NCBI GenBank assembly: GCA_046052125.1
Contig: JBJOMY010000002.1
Coordinates: 128,001 to 192,000 of the forward strand
From: Cyanobacteriota bacterium
Lineage (GTDB): Bacteria > Cyanobacteriota > Cyanobacteriia > PCC-6307 > Cyanobiaceae
DNA length: 64,000 bases
Direction: 5' to 3'
Shown: positions 10,473-19,646 of the stretch, piece after piece
Position numbering within the stretch: position 1 is the first letter of the stretch
Layout of the letters: each line of letters opens with the position of its first letter
Notes under the pieces: generated by a model
Databases searched by the model: none
Seen by the model: the letters and a program-made list of their open reading frames with translations, nothing else
Told to the model about the DNA's origin: nothing
Translations under genes and position numbers: made by a program

Positions 10473-11375
10473 ATGCCCTGGACCCTCGCCGATTGTCCGG
10501 ATCAACAAGGGCGCACGGCCCTAATCACCGGGGCCAACAGCGGCCTGGGGCTTGAAACCGCCCGCGCGCTGTCAGCCCGCGGGGCCCGGGTGCTGCTGGC
10601 CTGCCGCAGCCACGCCAAAGCGACCGCCGCCTGTCAACAGCTTGGAGCAGTGGGCGGCGAACTGATCCCAATCGAGCTGAATCTGGCGGATCTCGAGAGC
10701 GTGCAACAGGCAGCCCGCACGGTGAGCGAACGCTGCGGCGCCCTGGATCTGCTGATCAACAACGCCGGTGTCATGGCTCCGCCCCGTGAGCTCAGTGCCC
10801 AGGGGCATGAACTGCAATTTGCGGTGAATCACCTGGGCCACTTCGCCCTCACCCAGCAGCTGTTACCCCTGCTGCAGGAGCGGCCGGGCAGCCGCGTGGT
10901 GCATGTGAGCTCGGGCGCCTCCTACTTCGGCCGCATCGCCTTCGACGACCTGCAGGGAGAACGGCGCTACGACGCCTGGGCCGCCTATGCCCAGAGCAAG
11001 CTCGCCAACGTGATGACCGCCCTCGAGCTGCAACGGCGCCTGCAGGCCCAGGGCAGTGGGGTGCTCTCCATCGCCGCCCATCCAGGGCTCGCTCGCACCA
11101 ACCTGCAGCCCACCTCGGTGGCAGCGCGGGGCTCAAAGCTGGAAGCCTTGGCCTACAAGCTGATGGACCCGCTGTTCCAGAGCGCCGCCATGGGCGCCCT
11201 GCCCCAGCTGTTTGCGGCCACGGCGCCAGGGGCAGAAGCAGGAGGCTTCTATGGACCGGGCGGACTGGGCAACCTCAAGGGCTACCCGAAGGCCTGCCGC
11301 ATTGCACCAGCAGCGCTGGAGCGCGAAGCCTGCACTCGGCTTTGGAGTGTGAGCGAGGAGCTCTGCCAAAGCTGA
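10473..11375 (+). CDS. Short-chain dehydrogenase/reductase (retinol dehydrogenase/WWOX-like)
   Basis: [23 protein letters not shown] catalytic motif. Confidence 0.93.
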   Translation: MPWTLADCPDQQGRTALITGANSGLGLETARALSARGARVLLACRSHAKATAACQQLGAVGGELIPIELNLADLESVQQAARTVSERCGALDLLINNAGVMAPPRELSAQGHELQFAVNHLGHFALTQQLLPLLQERPGSRVVHVSSGASYFGRIAFDDLQGERRYDAWAAYAQSKLANVMTALELQRRLQAQGSGVLSIAAHPGLARTNLQPTSVAARGSKLEALAYKLMDPLFQSAAMGALPQLFAATAPGAEAGGFYGPGGLGNLKGYPKACRIAPAALEREACTRLWSVSEELCQS

Positions 11376-11599
11376 GGCCGGCGCCGGCCAAGCGGAGCTG
11401 CGGGGAATGCGGGGAATGTTCGGCTCAGTTCCCTCGGCCCCTGGCATGCACACAGCCCCCACCCCGGCTCAGCAATCGGTCCTCGCCCTATTGCGCGCGC
11501 CCACTCAGAACGATTGGCTGGGCCCTCTGCAGCCGTGGGTGAACCTGTGCCGCCGTGGCGTGGATCCCCAGGAGGCCTGGCAACAGCTGCAAAGCCAAG

Positions 11600-11628
11600 A
11601 AAAAACCCGGTGACGGAGATCACCGGGT
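11600..11628 (-). terminator. Rho-independent terminator on the minus strand
   Basis: Minus strand reads CCCGGTGA-TCTCCG-TCACCGGG-TTTTTT. Confidence 0.6.
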
Positions 11629-11746
11629 CCCATCCCCTTGTCGTTGCTGGGCGCATTGGAGCGCGGGGCCGCGCCAGCTGCCATAGGTGAGATCACTCAA
11701 CACTGCGCGATTTGATCGCTACGGTTCGCGCAGTGAAGCCGACCCA

Positions 11747-12052
11747 ATGAGCTACACCGTCCTCAAGTTCAGCTCGGAAGATTGCGGCACCTGCCATCGC
11801 ATGAGTCATTACGACGCCGCGGTCTGCACCGAACTGGGCTGCAGCTTCGTGAGCGTGATGCTGCAGGACACCGACACCTACCGGCGTTACCGGCGCGTGT
11901 TGATGGCTCAATACCCGGACAAACAGGGCATGGGCTGGCCCACCTATCTCGTGGTGAGTGATCCAGAAGGCGAGTTCACCATCCATGGCGAACTCAGAGG
12001 CGGCATGCCCAAGGGCGATTTCCGCACACGCCTCGGCGGCTTGATTCCCTGA
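11747..12052 (+). CDS. Thioredoxin-like protein
   Basis: KFSSEDCGTC (CxxC), GWPT cis-Pro loop, RGG near the C-terminus. Confidence 0.85.
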   Translation: MSYTVLKFSSEDCGTCHRMSHYDAAVCTELGCSFVSVMLQDTDTYRRYRRVLMAQYPDKQGMGWPTYLVVSDPEGEFTIHGELRGGMPKGDFRTRLGGLIP

Positions 12053-12124
<72 letters not shown>

Positions 12125-12162
12125 GGCTCGGCCATTCTGCAACGCGACACCTGCCACAAGCC

Positions 12163-12684
12163 ATGGCCAGCGGCCAGCAGCACGACCGCGCCACCTGGCT
12201 GCTCGCCCTGCCCTACGGGCTGCTCTGGGCCCCCTGGCTGGGGCTGGCCGGCATCGCAGCCGGAGCGCTGGCGTTTCTGATCGGGGGGCTTTGGCTCTCC
12301 CCTGATCTCGACACCCGCTCCAACCCCAGCCGCCGTTGGGGGCCGCTGCGCCTGCTCTGGGAGCCCTACCGGCGCTTGCTCCGCCATCGCTCCTTGCTCT
12401 CACACTCACCGTTCCTGGGAAGCGCCGGGCGGCTGCTGTACCTGGGGGCGCTGATCGCCGGGCTGGCTTGGCTGCTTCAGCCCTGGGGCGCGCCGAGCCC
12501 ACTGCAACTCGGCCGAAGCCTGCACATGCTCTGGCAGGAGCAGCGCGGCCTCAGCCTCGCGGTGCTGATCGGCGTGGAAGCCAGCACTTGGCTGCACCTG
12601 ATCCAGGACGGCGATCCAATGCCCCGCTGGCCACGGCCTCGACGATCACCGAAGCGAAAGCGGCGGCAAGCCCATCGATTTTGA
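12163..12684 (+). CDS. Putative metal-binding membrane protein (DUF2227-like)
   Basis: MASGQQHD, LSPDLD, HRSLLSHSP, WLHLIQD motifs. Confidence 0.85.
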   Translation: MASGQQHDRATWLLALPYGLLWAPWLGLAGIAAGALAFLIGGLWLSPDLDTRSNPSRRWGPLRLLWEPYRRLLRHRSLLSHSPFLGSAGRLLYLGALIAGLAWLLQPWGAPSPLQLGRSLHMLWQEQRGLSLAVLIGVEASTWLHLIQDGDPMPRWPRPRRSPKRKRRQAHRF

Positions 12685-12938
12685 GGACGCAGCAGCGAAC
12701 GCGCCGGAAGACACTCGGCAAGACAACAGCGCAAGGATCACACTGAGACCTGCAGCATCAAGCTGCAAAGTGCTGCATAAAGACGCAAGAAGTGGCGCCG
12801 ACATCAAGCGCTGCAACGACAGACTTGCTCAAAAGCGCAGCCTTGCCGCCAAAACGCACTGATCAAGAAAGAATAAAGAGAATCTATAGACGGAATAGGG
12901 GTATTGACGCTTAGTTGATAGAGCGGACGAATCAAGCC

Positions 12939-13121
12939 ATGCACAACGAACTGAGCTCGCCCAAACAACAGCCCTGGGCGACCACAGCCCGATTTCGCAC
13001 CCCAAAACGTATCACCATCACGCTGCCCTATGGAACCTATCAACGCTTGATCGATCGGAGCGATCACGAAGGAAGGTCGTTGAGCAATCTGGCGGCATTC
13101 TTACTAGAGACAGCTGCATAA
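12939..13121 (+). CDS. Small ribbon-helix-helix (CopG/Arc-like) protein
   Basis: RITITLP beta strand followed by helix and EGRSLSNLAAFLLE. Confidence 0.8.
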   Translation: MHNELSSPKQQPWATTARFRTPKRITITLPYGTYQRLIDRSDHEGRSLSNLAAFLLETAA

Positions 13122-13174
13122 AAGCCAACTATCATCTCGCGATCACCAACCACCACTGCCAACGGAGTGGCATC

Positions 13175-14218
13175 GTGACCCAACCAACTCCTCCTAACGA
13201 CGAGCAGCTGGCAGCACTGCAGTTCCCCCTTCAGAACAGCAAAGAGATTTTTTCGCTGGACCCCGTGGATATGGCGAATGAGATTGATAGCGTCTTTTCA
13301 AAAGGCAACCACGGCAATCAACCCACGGTCAAACATCCCTATGCCGATTTCGCCTTTGCAAACCTTGGCGGAATGACAATGGTGGCCTCACGCTTGACGC
13401 CATCCATCATCATCGAGCAAGAAAACAGTGGATGCAGCACGTTGGCGGCATGCACAGCAGGTGATGTGCACACCTATAGAGACGGGTCGTATATCGAGCA
13501 CATCAACCCAGGCGACATCTTCTTGAACCCAAGAAACGGAAGCAGGGCTGACACGGGCTATATCTCCGGCCTCTATTGCCAGATAGAGCACAAGAAACTA
13601 CAACGAACGATCAGGGTTATCAGCGGAATCGAGATCGATCAAGAACTAGAAAATCCCTGGCTTTTCGGATCTGGCAGCCACGCCGAGCGCATGGCATTAG
13701 CAGGACCCTTCCTAGCCTTCTTCTCCTATATCGACAACCTGCTTGGAGAGAGCTTTTATCTGCCGGAAGCCCTTGGGCTATCCGAACAGATTTACCGCTT
13801 GCTGGCACTAGCACTGATGCAGCAAACCGGCCTACTGGAGCTTTATCAGAGGCGCTCAGCATCCGCAATCAGTCAATGGAATGCAAAGCTTGACGACCTT
13901 GTGGACTACATCCAGGCAAACACGCATCTCAACCTCACACTGACCGACCTGCAAGAGCACAGCCATTACTCAGCAAGGCACCTCCAAAACCTTTTCAGGG
14001 AGAAGTTTGACTGCACCCCAATGCAGTTCGTCAGAAAGCAGCGCCTCAACAAAGCCATGGAAGAACTGCAAACAGCAGGCGAGGAAGACACCGTAACGAG
14101 CATCAGCAGAACCTACGGCTACCGCTCTAGCTCCAATTTCACCACAGAATTTCGGCGTCAATTCGGTGTTAGTCCCTCAACGGTGCTTAGAGCATCGAGA
14201 ACGGGGGGTAGGAAGTAA
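13175..14218 (+). CDS. AraC-family transcriptional regulator
   Basis: C-terminal double HTH: LTLTDL..SARHLQNLFREKFDCTPMQFVRKQRL ... YGYRSSSNFTTEFRRQFGVSPS. Confidence 0.92.
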   Translation: MTQPTPPNDEQLAALQFPLQNSKEIFSLDPVDMANEIDSVFSKGNHGNQPTVKHPYADFAFANLGGMTMVASRLTPSIIIEQENSGCSTLAACTAGDVHTYRDGSYIEHINPGDIFLNPRNGSRADTGYISGLYCQIEHKKLQRTIRVISGIEIDQELENPWLFGSGSHAERMALAGPFLAFFSYIDNLLGESFYLPEALGLSEQIYRLLALALMQQTGLLELYQRRSASAISQWNAKLDDLVDYIQANTHLNLTLTDLQEHSHYSARHLQNLFREKFDCTPMQFVRKQRLNKAMEELQTAGEEDTVTSISRTYGYRSSSNFTTEFRRQFGVSPSTVLRASRTGGRK

Positions 14219-14410
14219 AAACACTGAATTACGAGAAAAGTATTGGCACAACGCTTCTCGTAAGCCTGGAATAGTGATTCAACTTTCGATTGCAAGCAGC
14301 CGAGCATGCGGCCCCTACGCGTTTGACCAGGGTTAGTACAACCGCCGCATACCCATGGCCCGGCGTCCAACGGCAATGCGAGGGTGGCGTCAACGCCTCA
14401 GAGCCCATTC

Positions 14411-15247
14411 ATGGCCGCCTCGCCCACAACTACAGAAGCTCTGAGCGAGCTGATCGATGTGGTGGCCCAACTGCGCAACCCTCAGGGTGGCTGCCCCTGG
14501 GATCTGGAACAGACCCACGCCTCTCTGGTGCCCTACGTGCTGGAGGAGGCCCACGAGGTGGCCGATGCGATCCGCCACGGCGATGACGCCCACCTCAAGG
14601 AAGAACTGGGCGACCTGCTGCTGCAGGTGGTGCTCCACGCCCAGATCGCCCAAGAGGAGAACCGCTTTGATCTGGCCCAGATCGCAGCCGGGATCAGCGA
14701 AAAGCTGGTGCGCCGCCACCCGCATGTCTTCGCCGGCGCCGAGGCGGCTGATAGCGCGGCCGTGAAAGCCAGCTGGGAAGCGATCAAGGCCGAGGAGAAG
14801 GCGGCGAATCCAGCGGGCGCACCCTCCGCCAGCCCCCTCAGCGATCGCCTCGCCGGCAAGGTGCGCGGCCAGCCCGCCCTCGCCGGCGCCATGACCATCT
14901 CCAAGAAAGCGGCAGCGGCCGGTTTCGAGTGGGACGACATGGCCGGTGTGTGGGAGAAGGTGCATGAAGAGCTCGATGAGCTCAAGGAAGCCGTGGCCAG
15001 CGGCAATAAGACGCACGCCCAGGAAGAACTAGGGGATGTGCTGTTCACCCTGGTGAACGTGGCGCGCTGGTGCGGCATCGATCCCGAAGCCGGCCTGGCC
15101 GGCACCAACCGCCGCTTCCTGGATCGCTTCTCCCGGGTGGAGGCCGCCCTGGGCGGTGATCTGCAGGGCCGCAGCATTCGGGAACTGGAAGGCCTCTGGC
15201 AACAAGCCAAAGCGGAGATCCGCGCAGCTCAGTCGTCGGGCAGCTGA
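14411..15247 (+). CDS. mazG: Nucleoside triphosphate pyrophosphohydrolase MazG
   Basis: GCPWDLEQTH, EEAHEV, EELGDLL, second EELGDVLF domain. Confidence 0.96.
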   Translation: MAASPTTTEALSELIDVVAQLRNPQGGCPWDLEQTHASLVPYVLEEAHEVADAIRHGDDAHLKEELGDLLLQVVLHAQIAQEENRFDLAQIAAGISEKLVRRHPHVFAGAEAADSAAVKASWEAIKAEEKAANPAGAPSASPLSDRLAGKVRGQPALAGAMTISKKAAAAGFEWDDMAGVWEKVHEELDELKEAVASGNKTHAQEELGDVLFTLVNVARWCGIDPEAGLAGTNRRFLDRFSRVEAALGGDLQGRSIRELEGLWQQAKAEIRAAQSSGS

Positions 15248-15681
15248 GGCCTGCCGCTGCGCTGCTGCTTCACAGCGCTGCGCTGTTTCTTGGCCGCCAG
15301 CCGCCGTTGCACCGAACCGCGTGTGGGCTTGGTGGCACGCCGCGGCGGCGGTGGCGGCTTGATCGCCTCCTGCAGCAACTCCACCAGGCGCCGCTGGGCT
15401 GCCACCCGGTTCTGCCATTGGGAGCGGTGTTCGCTAGCGGCGATCACCACGCAGCCCTCCACCAACCGACCTTCCAGCCGCCTCAGTGCCCGAGCCTGCA
15501 GATGCGGCGGCAACGAGGGCGTGGCCGCCAGATCAAACAGCAACTCCACCCGCGAATCGGTGGTGTTCACGTTCTGGCCGCCTGGTCCAGAGGAGCGCGA
15601 AAAGCGCCAGCGCAGCTCCGCTGCGGGGATCACCACACCCGGGATCAACTGCAGATCGCCAGGCGTCGCTCCTCCAGCCAT
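15229..15681 (-). CDS. arfB: Alternative ribosome-rescue factor B (peptidyl-tRNA hydrolase)
   Basis: RSSGPGGQNVN, RSQWQN, basic tail RRATKPT...KKQR; start approximate. Confidence 0.93.
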   Translation of the reverse strand: MAGGATPGDLQLIPGVVIPAAELRWRFSRSSGPGGQNVNTTDSRVELLFDLAATPSLPPHLQARALRRLEGRLVEGCVVIAASEHRSQWQNRVAAQRRLVELLQEAIKPPPPPRRATKPTRGSVQRRLAAKKQRSAVKQQRSGRPQLPDD

Positions 15682-15767
15682 CACCAAAGCCTGTCACGGG
15701 GCACACCGGCAGAACAGGAACCGGCGACCGGTGATGCGCAAATCTGGAGACACGATCCTCACTGCCC

Positions 15768-16661
15768 ATGGCTGAGAGCAGCACTGCGCCCGCCCCCACC
15801 CCTGGCTGGCCCCTCTCCAGCTCAGGCTGGATTGACGAGATCTTCGATGGCGTGCGCTACGGCCTGGCCGGGCGGGTGATCGCCGAGGAGCAGTCGCCCT
15901 TCCAGCGGGTGACGATCATCGAGAGCGAGCGCTACGGAAAGGGCCTGCTACTCGATGGCTGCTGGATGACCGCCGAGCGCCAGGAGCGGCACTACCACGA
16001 ATCGATCGTGCATCCGGCCCTCTGCAGCGCCGCCTCGGTGGAGCGGGTACTGGTGATCGGTGGCGGCGATGGGGGCACCGCCCGCGAATGCCTGCGCCAT
16101 GCCGGCGTGCGACACCTCGACATGGTGGAGATCGACGGCCTGGTGGTGGAGTGGAGCCAGCAGCACCTGCCCTCGATCGGGGCTGGCTGCTGGAGCGATC
16201 CCCGCTTTCACCTCACCGTGGGCGATGGCATCGCCTGGGCGGTCAACGCAGCAGACGCCAGCTACGACGTGGTGATCGTGGACGGCTCGGACCCGGCCGG
16301 CCCCGCTGAAGGTCTGTTCAACCGCGCTTTCTTCGAGCAGTGCCGACGCATCCTCAAGCCGGGTGGTGTGTTCGCCACCCAGAGCGAATCGCCGGAGGCC
16401 TTCCGCCAGGTGCACATCGACACCGTGAAGGTGATCCGCGAAGTGTTCGGCCACGCCGATCCGATGTACGGATGGGTGCCGATGTATCCGAGCGGCTGGT
16501 GGAGCTGGACCTTCGCCGCCACCGACGGCCGCCGCTACCTCGAGCCCGATCCCAGCCGCGCCGCTGCCGTGGCCGAGGGTTGTGAGATCTGGAGCCCCCG
16601 CTGGCAAAGCGGCGCCTTCGACGCCATCCCCGCCGCGATCGAGCGGGCCCTCAACGCCTGA
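15768..16661 (+). CDS. speE: Polyamine aminopropyltransferase (spermidine synthase)
   Basis: [27 protein letters not shown]. Confidence 0.95.
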   Translation: MAESSTAPAPTPGWPLSSSGWIDEIFDGVRYGLAGRVIAEEQSPFQRVTIIESERYGKGLLLDGCWMTAERQERHYHESIVHPALCSAASVERVLVIGGGDGGTARECLRHAGVRHLDMVEIDGLVVEWSQQHLPSIGAGCWSDPRFHLTVGDGIAWAVNAADASYDVVIVDGSDPAGPAEGLFNRAFFEQCRRILKPGGVFATQSESPEAFRQVHIDTVKVIREVFGHADPMYGWVPMYPSGWWSWTFAATDGRRYLEPDPSRAAAVAEGCEIWSPRWQSGAFDAIPAAIERALNA

Positions 16662-16672
16662 TGCACACCGCC

Positions 16673-17533
16673 ATGCCCGACCTCTCCCTGTTCGACACCG
16701 ACGGCGCCATCTACATGGGCAGCCAGCGCGATCCGGCCGGCTGCCGGGTGGGTGTGTTCGGGGTGCCCTACGACGGCACCACCTCCTTTCGCCCGGGAAC
16801 CCGCTTCGGCCCGGCGGCGATCCGGGAGGTGAGTTCGGGGCTGGAGAGCTACTGCCCCCAGCTCGATCGCGACCTGGAGGAGCTCGCCATCGCCGATCTC
16901 GGCGCCGTGGACATTCCCTTCGGCGCACCAGAGCCGGTGGTGGCCGCGGTGAAGCAGGCCACCGAAACGGTGCTGGCCCTGGGGCTCAAACCGTTCATGC
17001 TCGGCGGTGAGCACTCGATCAGCTCCGGCGCGGTGGCTGCGGTGGCGGAGCAGCATCCCGATCTGGTGCTGGTGCAGCTCGATGCCCACGCCGATCTGCG
17101 ACATGAATGGCTTGGCACCCACCACAGCCACGCCTGCGCAATGCGCCGCTGCCTGGAGGTGCTGCCCAGCCAACAGCTGCTACAGATCGCCATCCGCAGC
17201 GGCACCCGCGAGGAATTCTCCGAACTGCGCCAGACAGGCCGCCTGGTGGCAATCGAGCGCATGGCCGAAGCGCTGAAGCCCCTGCGGGGCAAGCCCCTCT
17301 ATCTCACCGTGGATCTCGACTGGTTCGATCCCTCTGTGATGGCGGGCACCGGCACCCCCGAGCCAGGCGGCTTCCTCTGGAGCGATTTCGCCGCCCTGGT
17401 GGATGAGCTGCGCCACCACAACCTGGTGGCCGCCGATGTGGTGGAACTGGCGCCGATGCTCGATCCCACAGGTGTGAGCAGCGTGCTCGCATCCAAGGTG
17501 GTGCGCAGCCTGCTGTTTCTGTTGGATCGCTGA
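16673..17533 (+). CDS. speB: Agmatinase
   Basis: GGEHS, DAHADL, SHAC, DLDWFDP, GTGTPEPGG; start could be 16661. Confidence 0.94.
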   Translation: MPDLSLFDTDGAIYMGSQRDPAGCRVGVFGVPYDGTTSFRPGTRFGPAAIREVSSGLESYCPQLDRDLEELAIADLGAVDIPFGAPEPVVAAVKQATETVLALGLKPFMLGGEHSISSGAVAAVAEQHPDLVLVQLDAHADLRHEWLGTHHSHACAMRRCLEVLPSQQLLQIAIRSGTREEFSELRQTGRLVAIERMAEALKPLRGKPLYLTVDLDWFDPSVMAGTGTPEPGGFLWSDFAALVDELRHHNLVAADVVELAPMLDPTGVSSVLASKVVRSLLFLLDR

Positions 17534-17562
17534 ACGGAGCCGCGAACCCTGACGCGCTCGAT

Positions 17563-17973
17563 TCAGTAGGCGCAGGTGCCGCTGGCCCGCTGCTCACGCA
17601 GCCGCTCATGCTGCTGACCGATGAGCAGGATCGCCATCGTTGGGTGGTTGTGCAGCAGGTTCAGAAAGCGCAGGCGATCGAGCCGCACCAGCTCCACAGG
17701 CGTGCGAGCCACCGCGTCGTTGTGGCGCACATCTTCATTCCAGACGATGTCCTCGTAGCTGAACAGCTCACCGGGGCGGTAGCAGAGCTTGTCGCCTTTG
17801 GCGTTGATCACTTCCACGATGCCGCGGCGCACGCCGTAGATCGCATCGGCCGCCTGCCCACGACTGAAGATCGCCGCGCCTGTCGGGAACGAGACCGTCT
17901 CACTGTCCACCTGGGTGGCCATTAAGTCGATCGGACTGGCAACAGCGGCAACAGCCATCAACGGTGTCCTCAT
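17563..17973 (-). CDS. Stand-alone cyclic-nucleotide-binding (Crp-type) domain protein
   Basis: IFSRGQAADAIYGVRRGIVEV...PGELF; no HTH; start 17973 or 17958. Confidence 0.8.
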   Translation of the reverse strand: MRTPLMAVAAVASPIDLMATQVDSETVSFPTGAAIFSRGQAADAIYGVRRGIVEVINAKGDKLCYRPGELFSYEDIVWNEDVRHNDAVARTPVELVRLDRLRFLNLLHNHPTMAILLIGQQHERLREQRASGTCAY

Positions 17974-18068
17974 CGAGCTGCGTAAGTCCAGCTTGGCACC
18001 GCCAAATGGCAGATCTGGCATGCGGGAACACATCCCACCCGCTTTGTCCGCGAATCTTCGGCTTCTCT

Positions 18069-18305
18069 TCAGCTTTCCAGCACATCGGCGAGGGCCAGCT
18101 GCCGATCGCGGCGCTGGGGCTCGAGCTCCGTGCCGCCATCGCCCATCACCGGCAGCCGTGGCGGTCGCGCCGTCCAGTGATGGCACCACAGCTCGGATGC
18201 CAGCTCCCCGTGGATCGGCAACTGGCGCAGCTGGCACCAGCCCATCTCCACACCGCTGGGCGGAGTGCAGTGACGGCAGCTGCGGCAGCAGGCGCGAGTG
18301 CCCAT
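18069..18305 (-). CDS. Small Cys-rich hypothetical protein
   Basis: CCRSCRHC...WCQL...WCHHW; fills the gap between the cNMP gene and gcvT. Confidence 0.7.
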   Translation of the reverse strand: MGTRACCRSCRHCTPPSGVEMGWCQLRQLPIHGELASELWCHHWTARPPRLPVMGDGGTELEPQRRDRQLALADVLES

Positions 18306-18445
18306 GGCGGAGCTTCAGGGTGCTCAACGTAGGCAGCGGATTCGGCGGCGACCAGTGCAGAACGAGAAGCTGCAGGTTGTCTTCCCCTTGTTGAAGCCAA
18401 CCGATCCAAGGCGCTCCATAGGATCCGCTCCGACGCCAAGCCGCC

Positions 18446-19564
18446 ATGGCTCCCCTGCAGCGCACCCCGTTGTTTGAAGCAGCGCAACACGCCGGGGGGC
18501 GCATGGTGCCCTTCGCCGGCTGGGAGATGGCCGTGCAGTTCGCCGGGCTGCTGGAGGAGCACAAGGCTGTACGTGAGCGCTGCGGCCTGTTCGACATCTC
18601 CCATATGGGGGTGCTGCGCCTCAGCGGCCCAGGCGCCAAAGATGCGCTGCAGGGGCTGGTGCCCACGGATCTGTTTCGGATCGGCCCAGGCGAGGCCTGC
18701 TACACGGTGCTGCTCAACGAGCAGGGCGGCATCCAAGACGATCTGATCGTGTACGACCGCGGCTGGGATGCCGCCGCCCAGACCCATGAGCTGCTGCTCG
18801 TGATTAATGCAGCCTGCGCTGAGGCTGACACCGCCTGGATCCGCAGCCAGCTCGAGCCGGCCGGGATCCAGGTGAGCGATCACAAAGGAGATGGCGTGCT
18901 CGTGGCGCTGCAAGGGCCTGAGGCGGCTGCCCAGCTGGAAGCGCTGAGCGGCACCAGCCTGGAGGGCCTGCCCCGCTTCGGCCATCGCCAACTGGAGCTG
19001 CCGGGGATCGGCTCGGCGTTCGTGGCCCGCACCGGCTACACCGGCGAAGACGGCTTTGAGCTGCTGCTCGAGCACGCCGCAGGCCAGGCGTTCTGGGCGG
19101 AGTGCCTGGAACGGGGCATTCAGCCCTGCGGCCTCGGCGCCCGCGACACGCTGCGACTGGAAGCGGCCATGCATCTCTTTGGCAGTGATATGGATGCAAG
19201 CACTAGCCCCCTGGAGGTGGGCCTGGGCTGGCTGGTGCACCTGGAGATGCCCAAACCGTTCATCGGCCGGGAGGTGCTCGAGCGACAAACCAGTGATGGG
19301 GTGGAGCGGCGCCTGGTGGGCCTCCAACTCCAGGGCCGTGCCATCCCCCGCCACGGCTACCCCGTGCTCGCGGCCGGCGCCGAACCGGGCTCAGCGCCGA
19401 TCGGCACGATCACCAGCGGTGGTTGGTCCCCCAGCCTGCAGGCGGGCATCGCCCTGGCCCATGTGCCCGCCGATGCCGCCAAGCTCGGCTCTGAACTGGC
19501 CGTGGAAATCCGCGGGCGCGCCGAGAGGGCCGTAGTGGTGAAGCGCCCCTTCTACAGGCGCTGA
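18446..19564 (+). CDS. gcvT: Glycine cleavage system aminomethyltransferase T
   Basis: [33 protein letters not shown]. Confidence 0.97.
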   Translation: MAPLQRTPLFEAAQHAGGRMVPFAGWEMAVQFAGLLEEHKAVRERCGLFDISHMGVLRLSGPGAKDALQGLVPTDLFRIGPGEACYTVLLNEQGGIQDDLIVYDRGWDAAAQTHELLLVINAACAEADTAWIRSQLEPAGIQVSDHKGDGVLVALQGPEAAAQLEALSGTSLEGLPRFGHRQLELPGIGSAFVARTGYTGEDGFELLLEHAAGQAFWAECLERGIQPCGLGARDTLRLEAAMHLFGSDMDASTSPLEVGLGWLVHLEMPKPFIGREVLERQTSDGVERRLVGLQLQGRAIPRHGYPVLAAGAEPGSAPIGTITSGGWSPSLQAGIALAHVPADAAKLGSELAVEIRGRAERAVVVKRPFYRR

Positions 19565-19646
19565 AGGAGGCCCCACCAAGCCAAACCCAGCCTGGCAGCA
19601 CCAACGGCCGAGTGGGACAATCGCCCATTACCCCCTCGATCCCAGC

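Noticed and set aside
17563..18666. 367-aa minus-strand ORF
   Set aside because: Only the last ~135 aa look like a real domain; the rest overlaps the Cys-rich ORF in another frame and the start of gcvT.
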